In this document: piece by piece, positions 7,702 to 19,100 of the stretch | Layout: every line of letters begins with the position of its first letter | Position numbering within the stretch: position 1 is the stretch's first letter | DNA from: Candidatus Aenigmarchaeota archaeon LH_S4 | GTDB lineage: Archaea; Aenigmatarchaeota; Aenigmatarchaeia; QMZS01 | Length of the DNA stretch: 48,268 bases | Assembly: GCA_023659975.1 (NCBI GenBank) | Contig: JAGXOI010000001.1 | Coordinates: 1 to 48,268, forward strand | Direction: 5' to 3' | Notes under the pieces: generated by a model | The model's database searches: none | What the model was told of the DNA's origin: nothing | Seen by the model: the letters and a program-made list of their open reading frames with translations, nothing else | Made by a program: the position numbers and the translations under genes

Positions 7702-9720
7702 TTAGGCAGGGGGAGCCATCCCTACTTTTATCATTTCCAAAAATGGTGCAAATATCATTAGTGAAATAACAGAAACTGCGATATAAATCAGTCCCCCAAT
7801 AATCAAATTTTTTGAAATATTATTGTGTAGGGTTGTTTTGTCAACCCCAACCTGGATCCCGGTCATAAACCAGGAAAGAATCATTATTGTTTCAAGAGCA
7901 TAGAAACCTATAGCCAGCTGAAATGTTGCTGGAGAAATAGTAAGACCCTCCCACATAGATAAAAAACCTGTATAAGCTGCAGTAGAGCCTTCAACTGATA
8001 TTCCACCAAAGGCTTTTTCCAGAAAATTTACCATCTCAATAATCATATAGGTTAAAGTATTCATAATTCCACAAATCAAAGGTAATAAAATTCTTCCCTG
8101 CATCTGCATGCTTGAAACTACTTCTGAAAACTTGTCCTGAACTGCTTCTTGTGTCTTGTGAAGGTTAGTTAGATATTTGGAAATGGAAATCATTATCTGT
8201 GAAACAATTTTTGTTCCCTTATTTGCAGCGTCAATAACTGCTTTCAAAACCGAGTACATTAATTTTGAAGGAAAATAATTTATTGCTCCTTCCTTTTTAT
8301 CAAAAATTGCCTGCTCAGTAGTCATATTTTTGTATTTAATATTGGAAATAATATTCCTAAGTAAATTTATTGAGTAATTCCCTCTCAAGGTAGGCATTAT
8401 TTTTTCTATTGCAACCTCCAGAGGCACTCCCCTATCTATTTCCTGTCCTAACCCAAACAAAACTTCCCTGAATTCATCTTCCATCTCAATAATGTCTTTC
8501 CTAAATTTAATCTTCTGGAAAGAATTTAGCATGAAAAATATGGCAATTGAAATAAAAAAGCCCAAGATAACCACATAAGACTGTTTTAAGGATAAGGAGT
8601 AAAAATTAATATACCAATAATATAAAAAAGGGATTAAGATAATAATAGATGGTACATAAGATTTTATAAAAAAATTTCTTAATTTAAAAGTATTTTCCGG
8701 GGGTAAATCTGGATGTAAGGATAAGTCAGGTTCAGGTAAAGTTACCATTCTCTTGTCTAAAATATTTTTAATTATAAAAACTAACACAATTGGAAGTAAA
8801 ATATCATAAAATCCAAAAATCAAACCTGGTGGTATCTCCTGACCTAAAAAAATAGTCATTATTGGAAGCATTGTCAAAATCAGGGTTGGAAGTAAAATCC
8901 CCAAAGCGTTTATCATTGTAGCAGGGGTTTTCAACTTTAAAACATAAGAATTTGACTTTTCATTTAAAGAACTCAAAATAATCTCAACAGATTCATCCAA
9001 CAACTCAATCCTTCTTTCTCCGCTTGTGTAAAGAGAATATATAATTGAATTTATAGAATCAGCAAAAGCCTTGAAAGAATCTTTCCATCTCTGGGAAAAT
9101 GAGAGGAGAGCCTGTTCCATTGAGTTATAAGTTCCTATGTCTACATCCCACATCAATTTTTTCATGTCCAAAGCCAAAGGTCCTGTCAAGTTAGCAGCTG
9201 CAAATTTTAGTGCTCCCTCTAGATTTGGAAAATTCCTCATGTAAATTACAATGTGCAAGATCAACATTACAATTTCTGAACCTGCTCTTAATTCATAAAT
9301 TTTTTTGAGTCTGAGTGGATAAGAGTATAAATAATAAGCAAAGGCAGCAATAATAGAAATACAAATAATACCTACAAGCAAATCCAAAAATCCGAATAAA
9401 ATCAAAAAGAGAGTAGCAAGACAAAAAGACATTGCAGCTAATATTGTAAGAGAGGCAACTCCTTTTGGGGTAACCTTTAAATGAGCAAAACTAATTGCTT
9501 CTTCTATCTCCTTTTTTGTTGTCTTATCTGGTTCTACTGGTAAAATTTTCTCTGAAATATGAGTCAACTTCTCATAGATTGTTCTTGGGATTGTTGACAA
9601 TTTCTCTTCTTCCTGAAAAACAGCATATTGGAGTGATTTTATATCTTCTTTCGGTTTTGATGGGAACCGAATTCTTTCTTTCTTTTTTTTAAATTTGATG
9701 AAAAAATCAAGTAGTCCCAT
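7702..9720 (-). CDS. Polytopic membrane protein with T2SS-F-like (PilC/TadC/ArlJ) platform domains
   Basis: Many TM helices. Two cytoplasmic helical segments fit the T2SSF pattern (e.g. GLGQEIDRGVPLEVAIEKI...YFPSKLMYSVLKAVIDAANKGTK). The start is set at MGLLDFF (9720) to avoid overlap with the divergent gene. Confidence 0.5.
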   Translation of the reverse strand: MGLLDFFIKFKKKKERIRFPSKPKEDIKSLQYAVFQEEEKLSTIPRTIYEKLTHISEKILPVEPDKTTKKEIEEAISFAHLKVTPKGVASLTILAAMSFCLATLFLILFGFLDLLVGIICISIIAAFAYYLYSYPLRLKKIYELRAGSEIVMLILHIVIYMRNFPNLEGALKFAAANLTGPLALDMKKLMWDVDIGTYNSMEQALLSFSQRWKDSFKAFADSINSIIYSLYTSGERRIELLDESVEIILSSLNEKSNSYVLKLKTPATMINALGILLPTLILTMLPIMTIFLGQEIPPGLIFGFYDILLPIVLVFIIKNILDKRMVTLPEPDLSLHPDLPPENTFKLRNFFIKSYVPSIIILIPFLYYWYINFYSLSLKQSYVVILGFFISIAIFFMLNSFQKIKFRKDIIEMEDEFREVLFGLGQEIDRGVPLEVAIEKIMPTLRGNYSINLLRNIISNIKYKNMTTEQAIFDKKEGAINYFPSKLMYSVLKAVIDAANKGTKIVSQIMISISKYLTNLHKTQEAVQDKFSEVVSSMQMQGRILLPLICGIMNTLTYMIIEMVNFLEKAFGGISVEGSTAAYTGFLSMWEGLTISPATFQLAIGFYALETIMILSWFMTGIQVGVDKTTLHNNISKNLIIGGLIYIAVSVISLMIFAPFLEMIKVGMAPPA

Positions 9721-9743
9721 AAATCTATTTAGATATTGAATAT

Positions 9744-10415
9744 ATGGAAGTAGTCTGTTTATCTTCTGGAGGGAAAGACTCAACTTTTGCTGCTTATTAT
9801 GCAAAGCAAAAGAGTAAATTAAAATATTTAATCACAGCAAAGCCAAAGGAAGAGAGCTATATGTTTCATTATCCAAATATTGAACTAACAAAAATTCAGG
9901 CCAACTTGATGGGTGTCAAACAAATTTTCTATGAAAGTTGCAGTGAAAAAGAGAAAGAAGTAGAGGAATTAAAACAAGTTATTTCAAAGTTAAAAATTGA
10001 TGGAATTATAGTAGGGGCAGTTGCTTCAGAATACCAGAAAAAAAGAATTTCAAAAATAGCAAAGGAATTAAATCTGAAATTAATAAGTCCTCTCTGGAAA
10101 ATAAATCAGGTTGAATATTTAAAAAAATTGATAAGTTTAGGTTTTAAAATAATAATTACTAGGGTGGCTGCCGAGGGTTTTAGTAAAGACTGGCTTGGAA
10201 GGAAAATCGATGAAGAGTGTTTAAAGGAATTAATTAAATTAAACAAAAAATATAAAATAAGTGTTGTTGGGGAAGGAGGAGAATATGAAAGTTTTGTTCT
10301 TGATTGCCCTATTTTTAGTAAAAAAATTGAAGTTGAAAAAAGCAGTAAAATTTATGATGAAAAAAACCACTGTGGAAGATTGGATATAGAAAAAGTCAGG
10401 GTGCTTAAGAAGTGA
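9744..10415 (+). CDS. PP-loop ATP-binding protein, diphthine-ammonia ligase (Dph6/MJ0570 family)
   Basis: SSGGKDS PP-loop and GEGGEYESFVLDCP motif. Confidence 0.75.
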   Translation: MEVVCLSSGGKDSTFAAYYAKQKSKLKYLITAKPKEESYMFHYPNIELTKIQANLMGVKQIFYESCSEKEKEVEELKQVISKLKIDGIIVGAVASEYQKKRISKIAKELNLKLISPLWKINQVEYLKKLISLGFKIIITRVAAEGFSKDWLGRKIDEECLKELIKLNKKYKISVVGEGGEYESFVLDCPIFSKKIEVEKSSKIYDEKNHCGRLDIEKVRVLKK

Positions 10416-10485
10416 AATCTGTGCCTTTTGAATATTTAAAGATAAAGTAAATGTGACTAAAAAAATAGTAAAAATAAAATAAAGA

Positions 10486-11685
10486 CTATTTAAAAACTTC
10501 TACCCCCAAATTGTGAGGGACTTTTCCAGATTCTTTCTCTTCTATAGGACCAAGAATATATGGTGACTTTACTCCTGTTATTATGGTTATTACCTGTACT
10601 TTTCCTTCATAGTCATCCAAAATTCTTGCACCCCAGATTGTCTGCGCTTCTGGAGCTAAATATTTTGTTACTGCTTCACCAATTTCATTTACTTCTTCTA
10701 ACTTCAAATCAGGACCCCCAACTATCTGTATTAAAGCTCCTGATGCTCCTGAATAATCAACTTGCAACAAAGGATGTTTTAATGCCTTTGCCACTGATTC
10801 TTTTGATCTTTCTGAAGAATCTGAAAAACCAATTCCTATTGTTGACACTCCTCCTGACTTCATTACTGTTCTTACATCTGCATAATCCAGATTTACTAGA
10901 GATGGTTGTGAAATTGTTTCAGTAATTCCCTTTACCATCTTTGAGATTACTTCATCTCCTAACTTAAAAGCCTGTTTTAGAGGAAGATTTCCCCCGTACT
11001 CTAAGAGTCTTTGATTCTCTATTACAATTGCTGTATCACAACTCTGTCTCAACTGGTAAAGACCATCCTCAGCCTTTGAAATTCTTGCTCCTTCTATTTT
11101 GAAAGGTAAAGTCCCTGTAGCAATAACAAGAGCTCCCTGCTCCTTTGCAATCCTTGCTATAATTGGGACTGCTCCTGTTCCTGTTCCGCCACCCAATCCA
11201 GTAATTAGGAATACCATGTTAGCATCTTTTAACATTTCCTTTAATTCATTTCTGCTTTCTTCTGCTGCCTTTTTCCCTATTTCTGGCTCTCCACCTGTAC
11301 CAAGACCTTTTGTAAGATCTCTACCTAATAATACTTTCTTATCTGCTTTGGTCATAACCAGGTGTGCTGCATCTGTGTTTATTGCAACTGTTTCAGATCC
11401 CTTAATTTTCATCTCTGTTATTTTCGTCATAACATTAGAGCCCATTCCACCAACGCCTATTATCAAAATCTTTGCTTTATATCCATCCAATCCAAATTCT
11501 TCCTTCATCTTTTGTTGTAGGTCTTCTGTTGACACCTTCTCTTTTTCATATATGTCTATTTTTTCCTGGCTTTGCTTCTGTGTTTCTACTCTATTCTCTT
11601 TTATTTCTTTTGTCTCACTTCCGAAAGTCGATTCGAATAGATTTTGTATGCTCATTTTTCTTACCTTGAACTGCATAACTACCAA
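10486..11685 (-). CDS. ftsZ: Cell division GTPase FtsZ
   Basis: GVGGMGSN and the tubulin signature GLGGGTGTGAVP. The true start may be the internal MSIQNLF (11655). Confidence 0.9.
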   Translation of the reverse strand: MVVMQFKVRKMSIQNLFESTFGSETKEIKENRVETQKQSQEKIDIYEKEKVSTEDLQQKMKEEFGLDGYKAKILIIGVGGMGSNVMTKITEMKIKGSETVAINTDAAHLVMTKADKKVLLGRDLTKGLGTGGEPEIGKKAAEESRNELKEMLKDANMVFLITGLGGGTGTGAVPIIARIAKEQGALVIATGTLPFKIEGARISKAEDGLYQLRQSCDTAIVIENQRLLEYGGNLPLKQAFKLGDEVISKMVKGITETISQPSLVNLDYADVRTVMKSGGVSTIGIGFSDSSERSKESVAKALKHPLLQVDYSGASGALIQIVGGPDLKLEEVNEIGEAVTKYLAPEAQTIWGARILDDYEGKVQVITIITGVKSPYILGPIEEKESGKVPHNLGVEVFK

Positions 11686-12019
11686 TTTTTTTAGGTTTCA
11701 TAGTTACACAGTTCATTATAGAGTCAAAACTATATATTTGATTACCGAAATCTATATATAGTTTTAAATCTCTATATATTTATAGAATTTAGCCCTGAAA
11801 TTTAAGCTTATTCAAAATCAGCAGTCTGCCAACTGCTTTTTTAAGCCTATATATATTAGAATTAATTTATATATAAAGATTCTTGTGTTTTATTATATAT
11901 TTTTGTTTATATTTATAAAATAATAGAAGGTTATTTTCCTATAGAATCAGGATTTTTCCTGTGGAGAATTTTAGGGGTATTTCGTTTAATAGTTGTTATG
12001 TCTAATTGCTCGGCGGCGC

Positions 12020-13045
12020 TTAGAAATTCTTAAATTGTTTCTTAAGTTCAGAAAATCCTTTTTTAGGTTCTAGTTTATTCTTGTAATTTTTTGTGATCCC
12101 AAAACTATTTATATCAAATTTTACTAAAAATGGTTTGACCAAAACATAGCAAAAACAACCATCAACTCCAACTTCTCTAAAAATCCTAAATGATTCCTTT
12201 ATAGCTTTTACCTGTTCATCCTGGCTGTATTTTAGTTTCTTTTTAATTCTAAAGTACATGCCTGCTGCTCCGCCACCATATTCAAACGCACCTTCATATG
12301 TACAACAGCCAAATTCAGAAACGATTAAGGGTTTCCCAAACTTTTTCAATTCTAACAAATGATTCTTACATATCTCTTGGTTTTTTGCAGAAATATATTC
12401 ATTGCTACAGATATAATCAAAATTAAAACTTCTCCAATCAACATTTTCCCACATGGCTGCACAATAGGTTACTTTTCCTTTAAATTGATCTCTAACAGTA
12501 CTTGTTGCCTGCTTAAGAAAACTATTTAATTTAACATCTATACTATGGAGATATTTTTCTGCTTCATTTATTATGCTAACATTTCCGAGTGCTTGTTTAT
12601 TATAAAGTAATGATTTTATCTGAAAGATAAAACTAATACAATTATCTGCTCTCCAAGGATGTATTTTAATTGGAAGTTGCGGTAAAAGACCCGCAGTATC
12701 TAATGTAAATTCGTTTCCGACAACAAAAACCAATTTCTCATCAAAGCCCTTTCGTAATTTTTCAGCATCTTTAGCGACAATTCTAAGTTTCTTTAAAGTT
12801 GATTTTTCATTATCATTAATAAATCGAGGAGACATCCAAACATACAAGCTGTTGTCTAAAGCCACTTTTGTAGCTCTGATCAGCTGTTTGGAGTCCGAAC
12901 AATGAATTCTAACGGCGTTAGCTCCAGCCTCCTTTATCAATTTGAAATCTGTAGACAATTGTTTAGCAGTCAAATTGGCTCTTTCTGGCCTATCCGGAAA
13001 ATAGTTAATAGAAATCTCGTCATTTATACCTTTTACTTTTGTCAT
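12020..13045 (-). CDS. Putative clan GH-A (TIM-barrel) glycoside hydrolase
   Basis: VVGNEFTLD (acid/base NE) and PLIVSEFGCC (nucleophile E) are spaced as in GH5-like enzymes. This is a weak, pattern-only call. Confidence 0.35.
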   Translation of the reverse strand: MTKVKGINDEISINYFPDRPERANLTAKQLSTDFKLIKEAGANAVRIHCSDSKQLIRATKVALDNSLYVWMSPRFINDNEKSTLKKLRIVAKDAEKLRKGFDEKLVFVVGNEFTLDTAGLLPQLPIKIHPWRADNCISFIFQIKSLLYNKQALGNVSIINEAEKYLHSIDVKLNSFLKQATSTVRDQFKGKVTYCAAMWENVDWRSFNFDYICSNEYISAKNQEICKNHLLELKKFGKPLIVSEFGCCTYEGAFEYGGGAAGMYFRIKKKLKYSQDEQVKAIKESFRIFREVGVDGCFCYVLVKPFLVKFDINSFGITKNYKNKLEPKKGFSELKKQFKNF

Positions 13046-13061
13046 AAATTAATAGAGTATA

Positions 13062-13140
13062 TTTATATAAAGAAAAAACAAATATCTTAATGAACAAAAA
13101 ACCTTTATATAAAGAAAAAACAAATATTTTAATGAACAAA
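13062..13140 (+). promoter_or_regulatory. Tandemly duplicated TATA-box-plus-start-codon module of the giant gene
   Basis: The 37-nt unit tttatataaagaaaaaacaaatat(c/t)ttaatgaacaaa occurs at 13062-13098 and 13104-13140, with a 42-nt period and one mismatch. In each unit TTTATATAA sits ~25 nt upstream of an ATG. Confidence 0.5.
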
Positions 13141-16100
13141 GTTTCATTGTTTGTCTTGGCACTTTTTATACTTTCATTACCTGTAGGTTTAGCTTCTGAT
13201 AATCTTACTTTTAGTGAAGAACAGTCTCTTCGTGATTTAAATTTAAAGGGGATTAGTCCTGAACATTTTGTTACTTTAGGGGATACAAAGGAATTAGACT
13301 TTAGTTTAGATACTTCGGATTGTAAATTATATAAAATAAAAAATTTTGATTATGTTAAAGTTTCTGATTTAAAACCATCAACAGCTCCTGGAGAGCCACA
13401 ACTACCAATGAAAACTTTTGTGGTTAAGTTGCCTTTAAATTCTACAGTCAGTGATGTAAATATTACATCTGGAGAGTTTGTAAAAATTAAAAATAAACTA
13501 AACATTGCACCAACACCTGAGCCCTTAAAATGGCATCAAGGAGTTCAACAAAAAATAGAATATAATCCAGACGAAGATGTTTATAGCTCAGAAGAAAATT
13601 TTACAGGGAATGCGCTTTCTTATGAGGTTGGCAAGGATAACCATAATACTTATGTTTATGTTAGGCTATACCCTCTACAATATAGTCCGAAAAAGAAAAA
13701 AGCTATTTTGATAACTAAGGCTAATATAAAGGTTTATTATTCTGAAGGTGAAAATTTTTTTTATTCCTCTCAAAACTCTTATCAATCCTCTTCGGATGGT
13801 TCTGAGGCTATTATCATAACACCACCAGAATTTTATAATCAATCCTTGGAATTAGCAGATTTTCATGAACAACAAAATGAATCAATAAACACAACGGTTA
13901 TTAACACAACCTGGATTTATGCTAATTATAATAACACCATTGATCCACCCATTGAGGGTTGTGCTGATGGCTGTGAAGATTTGATTTCAAAGGGATATAA
14001 TTACACTCTTGCAAAAAGAATAATTGCTTTCCTAAAAAATGAAACTACTACAAATCAGAATTTAAAATATGTTACTCTTTTTGGAAATACACTTTATGTA
14101 CCACCAAGCTATTATGTAGATAACTATATTGTGACTGATTTCTTCTATTCATCTCCAGATTATGATGCAACTGACATAGATCCAACTCCAAATTATATGG
14201 TTGGTAGGCTACCAGTTGATAATGAAACAGAAGCAGAACACGTAGTCCAGAAGATTATTAATTGGCGGGGTAACTTGAGTGAAGAGTGGTTTAATAACTC
14301 TGTGGTTGCTGGTGGCAAACCATTTGGAACCTCACTTTATATGGGAGAACTGATTATCACAGATGCAATAAATAAAGGATATTTCAATGGAATGAATATA
14401 ACCAAGCAATTCAGAACTGATAATAATTTCAATAAACAAAATATGAGTGATACTCTTTCTAGTGGCAATACTGGTTTTATTTATCATATTGGTCACGGGG
14501 GTGGGAATGGAATGGAATTAAAGAGAGGCCCAGAAAATAGAATATATGTAGAAGATGTGATGAATTACTCGGAAAATCCAAATACTTCTATCTTAGTTTC
14601 GATAGCTTGTTCTAATGGTCAGTACGATATAGATATATTTGGTGGTATTTATGGTGATTATAATAAATCATTTGCAGAAGGAGTTTTGCTTTCAAAGGCG
14701 GGATCAGTAGCGTATATAGGTGGAGCAAGAACTAACTATGGTTATGTAGATAGCTACTTAGATAAAGGGTATTTGATACCTATCAAAGAGTACTGGATGG
14801 CAGGAATGCTAACTAATGTATTCAAAGCATATTCTGAAGGAGGAAGTACATTAGGAAATATAACAACAGAGGCTATGAAAAGTTATTATGAGAATAACAC
14901 AATTACAGGCATTGATAAATTAACATTCTTTGAGTTTACTTTGTTAGGAGACCCTGCATTAAAAATACCAGCAAAGGGAGAAGGAAAAAGTTATCAGCAA
15001 CCAAATTTGACTGCAGTAAGCCCAGATTTCTATGAGAATATCACATGGGGTATGGAAACTCCGATATATAATTTAGATACTGGAGAAAGTGTAACAGTTA
15101 ATTCTGAGACAAATTCATCAATTGAGACAAAATTAATCAATACAAAGAAATGGGAAAATGAAACCATAAATAGAACTCAAAATCAGTTTGATTACACATT
15201 TGTACCTCCTGAAAATTCATTGTATTTGATAAGAACAATTTCAGATGATGAAAAAGAAGGTTGGTTATATACTTACACTCAGTTTGTACCTGAAAATGCT
15301 AATTTGTATTTATCAACTCCTACAACTGTGAGAGAAGGTGATCAGGTTTGGATTCATGGTGAGGTTGAACCTAATTTAGCTATGAATTTTAGTGCAACTT
15401 TAATCTTTCCAAATGGAAGCCAAGAAGATCTTGGTTCCATTAATTCAAATCAATATGGTTGGTTTTACTTTAATTTTGGCACTCAAGGTTATTCCTCTGG
15501 AGAATATAAGGTTATAGTTCAAGGGCAATTGGAAGATTTATCTTTGGAGGGGACCGTCAAATTTAAGATATTAGATTATGATGAGCTTGAAATCTTACCT
15601 TTGACCTCAAAGAAGTTTAATACAACTAAGTGCAAGCAATATAATTTTAGTGAATGCAAGATTTGGCCAATAAAAACTACAGGAATAATTGACAACGATA
15701 CTTGCCAGCCTAATAACTGCGATATTTTAGAAATTTCTAAATCAGGAGAAGTTCACAATGCTACTATAGATACCCCAGATGGACTTAGACATATAGCAGT
15801 TGTTGATACAAATTACCCTAATACTTATGATATGGTTTTCATAGATGATGATTCTGTTTTCATGCAAACTTCTGGCCAAGAATTTAATATATCAGAGAAA
15901 GGATTCTTAACTGAGGGAAGCATAGCTGGAGACATAGAAACAAAAGAAGGTGAAAAAATAGATATAAAAATTGCAAAAATAGCAAGAAATGGTAGTTCTA
16001 TTTTGTTGATAACACCTCCAGCTAGAGATGAGATTCCTTATGATAGAGATGATGAGGTTAATTTTGTGGTTTTAGCTTTAGATAGTGGAAATCCAAAGGA

Positions 16101-19100
16101 GGGGATTAGTGTCTATCCAGAGTACCACTATCAAGGTAATTATCCATATGTCTATTCTCAATTATCAAATTCTACAACGGATGAGTTTGGTTTAAGTTCA
16201 AGTTATTCTTTCCCTGTTTACAAGACAGGGATTTATAGAATAGACGTGAATGAAGAATGGTCTACTACAATTAAAGTAAGACCTCCTTTTGATACTAAAT
16301 ATTCTATAAAAGATGTTGATACTGAAAAAGAGAAATCATTCTTCAAGCGTGGAGATAAAATTAAGTTTGAAGTTTCTGCTAAGGATAGACAAAGTGGTTC
16401 TTTAATATCTCTCAAAAAGGTTTACCTTAAATTGAGAGACCCAGAAGGGAATCTTTATTCTGTAAGTATGGATGATACTACTGATAGTGACTATGTTTAT
16501 GAAGGAACTTATACTCTAGGAGAGAATGCACCTACAGGAAAATGGTCTGTTAATATAGAAGTTGAATCAGAAGAAGGAATCCGGGATTATGTTAGAACTT
16601 CCTTTGAAGTTAAGAGCTTTGAAGTCAAAACATCTAGTCAAGAAAGATTTGCACCAAATGAATCTGCCTGGGTTTTAGTTACAGCTGTAGAACTTGGATC
16701 TGGTGGAGATTACTATAAAATGCCTGAGTTTTATCCTATAGATGATCCTAATACAACAGAAATAGATGAATGTTCAAAAGATGAGTTAGGAAACTATAGG
16801 AATGTTATAATAAATTCTGTAAAGGATAAAGAAGGAAATAAGTTAGACATATCTAGTTGGAATATAACAAATGTTGAAACATTTTTAGAGGAACCTCCAT
16901 ATAACTCAAAGTATTTTCAAGAATTTGAGCAGCATACAACTGAGTTACCAGATTCTTTCTTGAGACAATGTGTGATTCAATTTAATGCTCCGGTTAAGCA
17001 AAGTGTTTATTCTGGTGATTTGAATGTTAAAAGAGCTAATGTTGATGAAAGGGAAACAGGAAGCTTTATGTTTTCTGTTCAAGTAATAGATGCCTGGGCA
17101 TATCCTTGGGATCCAGATGAAGGCTGGAAATGGGCATCCTCCCCAGGTAGTAATGTGACTTTGAAACTTAATGCATATGATCTATACAATCAGAAAAGAA
17201 TTCCTATATCAGATATAATAGATGCAAAAATAACAGAGATTAGGGGGGAGCAGGGTGTAGTTGATATTTTAAATCAAAGTTTTGTTAAAAATCTTAATAC
17301 TAGTAACTCCTATGCTTTACTTAACTTTATAGCTCCAAATCAAACAGGTTGGTATAATGTTAAGTTTATGCTAACTGCTCAGATAAATGAGTCAGGAACT
17401 TTGAAAAATGAAACTGGCTTGGGTAGAGGATGGTTTTCTGTAAGGCTGTATGATGTTTGGGGTTGGACCGAAAAAAGGAGATATTCAACAAACGATTCTG
17501 TTCCAATAAATGTTACAGTAAGAGATTTTTCAGGGAATCCTGTATCAAATATTAACATAGAAATTGAGGAAGTGACAAATCGGAAGACAAGGGAAGATTA
17601 TACAGATAAAATAATTTGGGGATCAAGCAAAACTAATTCAAATGGAAAAGCTACTATAACTCTAGAACCAAACAGAACTTGGAAGAAAGGTCGATATAGT
17701 GTTAAATTAAAAGCAATAGACTCAGAAGGAAGATACGAATATGGCCGGGCTGGATTCGAGGTTAAAAATTATAGAGTTTCAGTCAAAAGGTTAGTTAATG
17801 GAGACCAGAAGTGGAAAATTTTAAAAGGAGACAACCTTACATTTATTCCTTTGGTATGGAAAGTTTCTCAGGGATGGGATGAGCCACCACTGAACTCTTC
17901 TCATTATTCAATCAATCTTGATGAATCTGTTTTGAATTATTATGGAAGTGGATGGTCACGCAGATATGAACCAGAAAAAATCAAGTTTACTGAGTTGAAT
18001 GCAACTCCTTGGAACAAAACTTATGAAGGAATTAATTTTCGTGCAGTCAATATTTCTACAAACAATAGTTTAATAAAATCTGGTAATTATGAAGCATCAA
18101 TTAAATTGAATATCGATGGAGAAGAAGAGATAGGGGAAAGTTGGCTTAATATAAGGGCATTTGAGCCTGATGCAAAAGTTTTACAAAGGGTTTATGGACA
18201 GGGTGACGAGGCTAGTATAAATGTTTCTGTAACACCAGAGCAAGAATTTAATGTAACTTTGAAGGAACTAGAGGGTGGTTATAGATATGAATATTCAGAG
18301 GTTGATATAAATGCAACAACCTTAGAATGTAATAATAGTTGCTTGTATAACTTTAGCTTACCTACAGATATTAAAGAAGGTTGGTATCATGGAACTTTAA
18401 AATTCAGCATTGGTGAAGATGTAGAATATGAAAGGATTTGGTTTGATGTAAAGAGCCTGGAATTAACTCCTCCTAAATCTGTTAGGGAGAATTTATGGGA
18501 AAAACTAACAAATAAAACTTATATTCATAGTTATGTATATCCAACAAGTCCTTGTTCAGAAATAGGTTATAACTTGACCCTACCACCAGAAATTGTAAAT
18601 GATTCTTGCAGTTTATTAAATTCTACTTTAACTCAAAGTAGAAATATAGGAATTCCAAGGAATGATTATTTAATATTGATAGATAAAGATACAAATAAGA
18701 TTTACATAGATACAAACTCTGACTTCACAGATGGTAACATAACTTATAATTCAACGATAAATGATACATTTACTGATGCGGAAGGCATAGAATGGGTTAT
18801 AAAAGAAATTAACTATTATGGTTTGGAATTAGAAGCAAAAAATGCTTTAAACAATGGAATAAAGGTCAACTTAAGTTTATCAAAATCTGGTGAGTTTAGA
18901 TTTGGTAGGTTTAATGAATCCAGATTTGGAGGATATTGGTCTAAAGAAGAAAAAATAGACTTAAACAATAATGGAAAACAGGAGAATATTTACTTGTTAG
19001 CTGTTGATACCCAAGAATCAGGAGCTTATGATGAAATTTTTGTGGAATATAATGTAACAGATCTTTCAGATAAAAACCTAACTTCAGTCGGCTCAACTAC

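Noticed and set aside
11686-12019. The AT-rich 330-bp intergenic region with many TATATA runs as a replication origin
   Set aside because: No repeated ORB-like boxes could be identified and there is no adjacent orc1/cdc6. It is more simply the ftsZ promoter region plus a possible terminator hairpin (GCAGTTGGCAGACTGC) for the upstream minus-strand gene.
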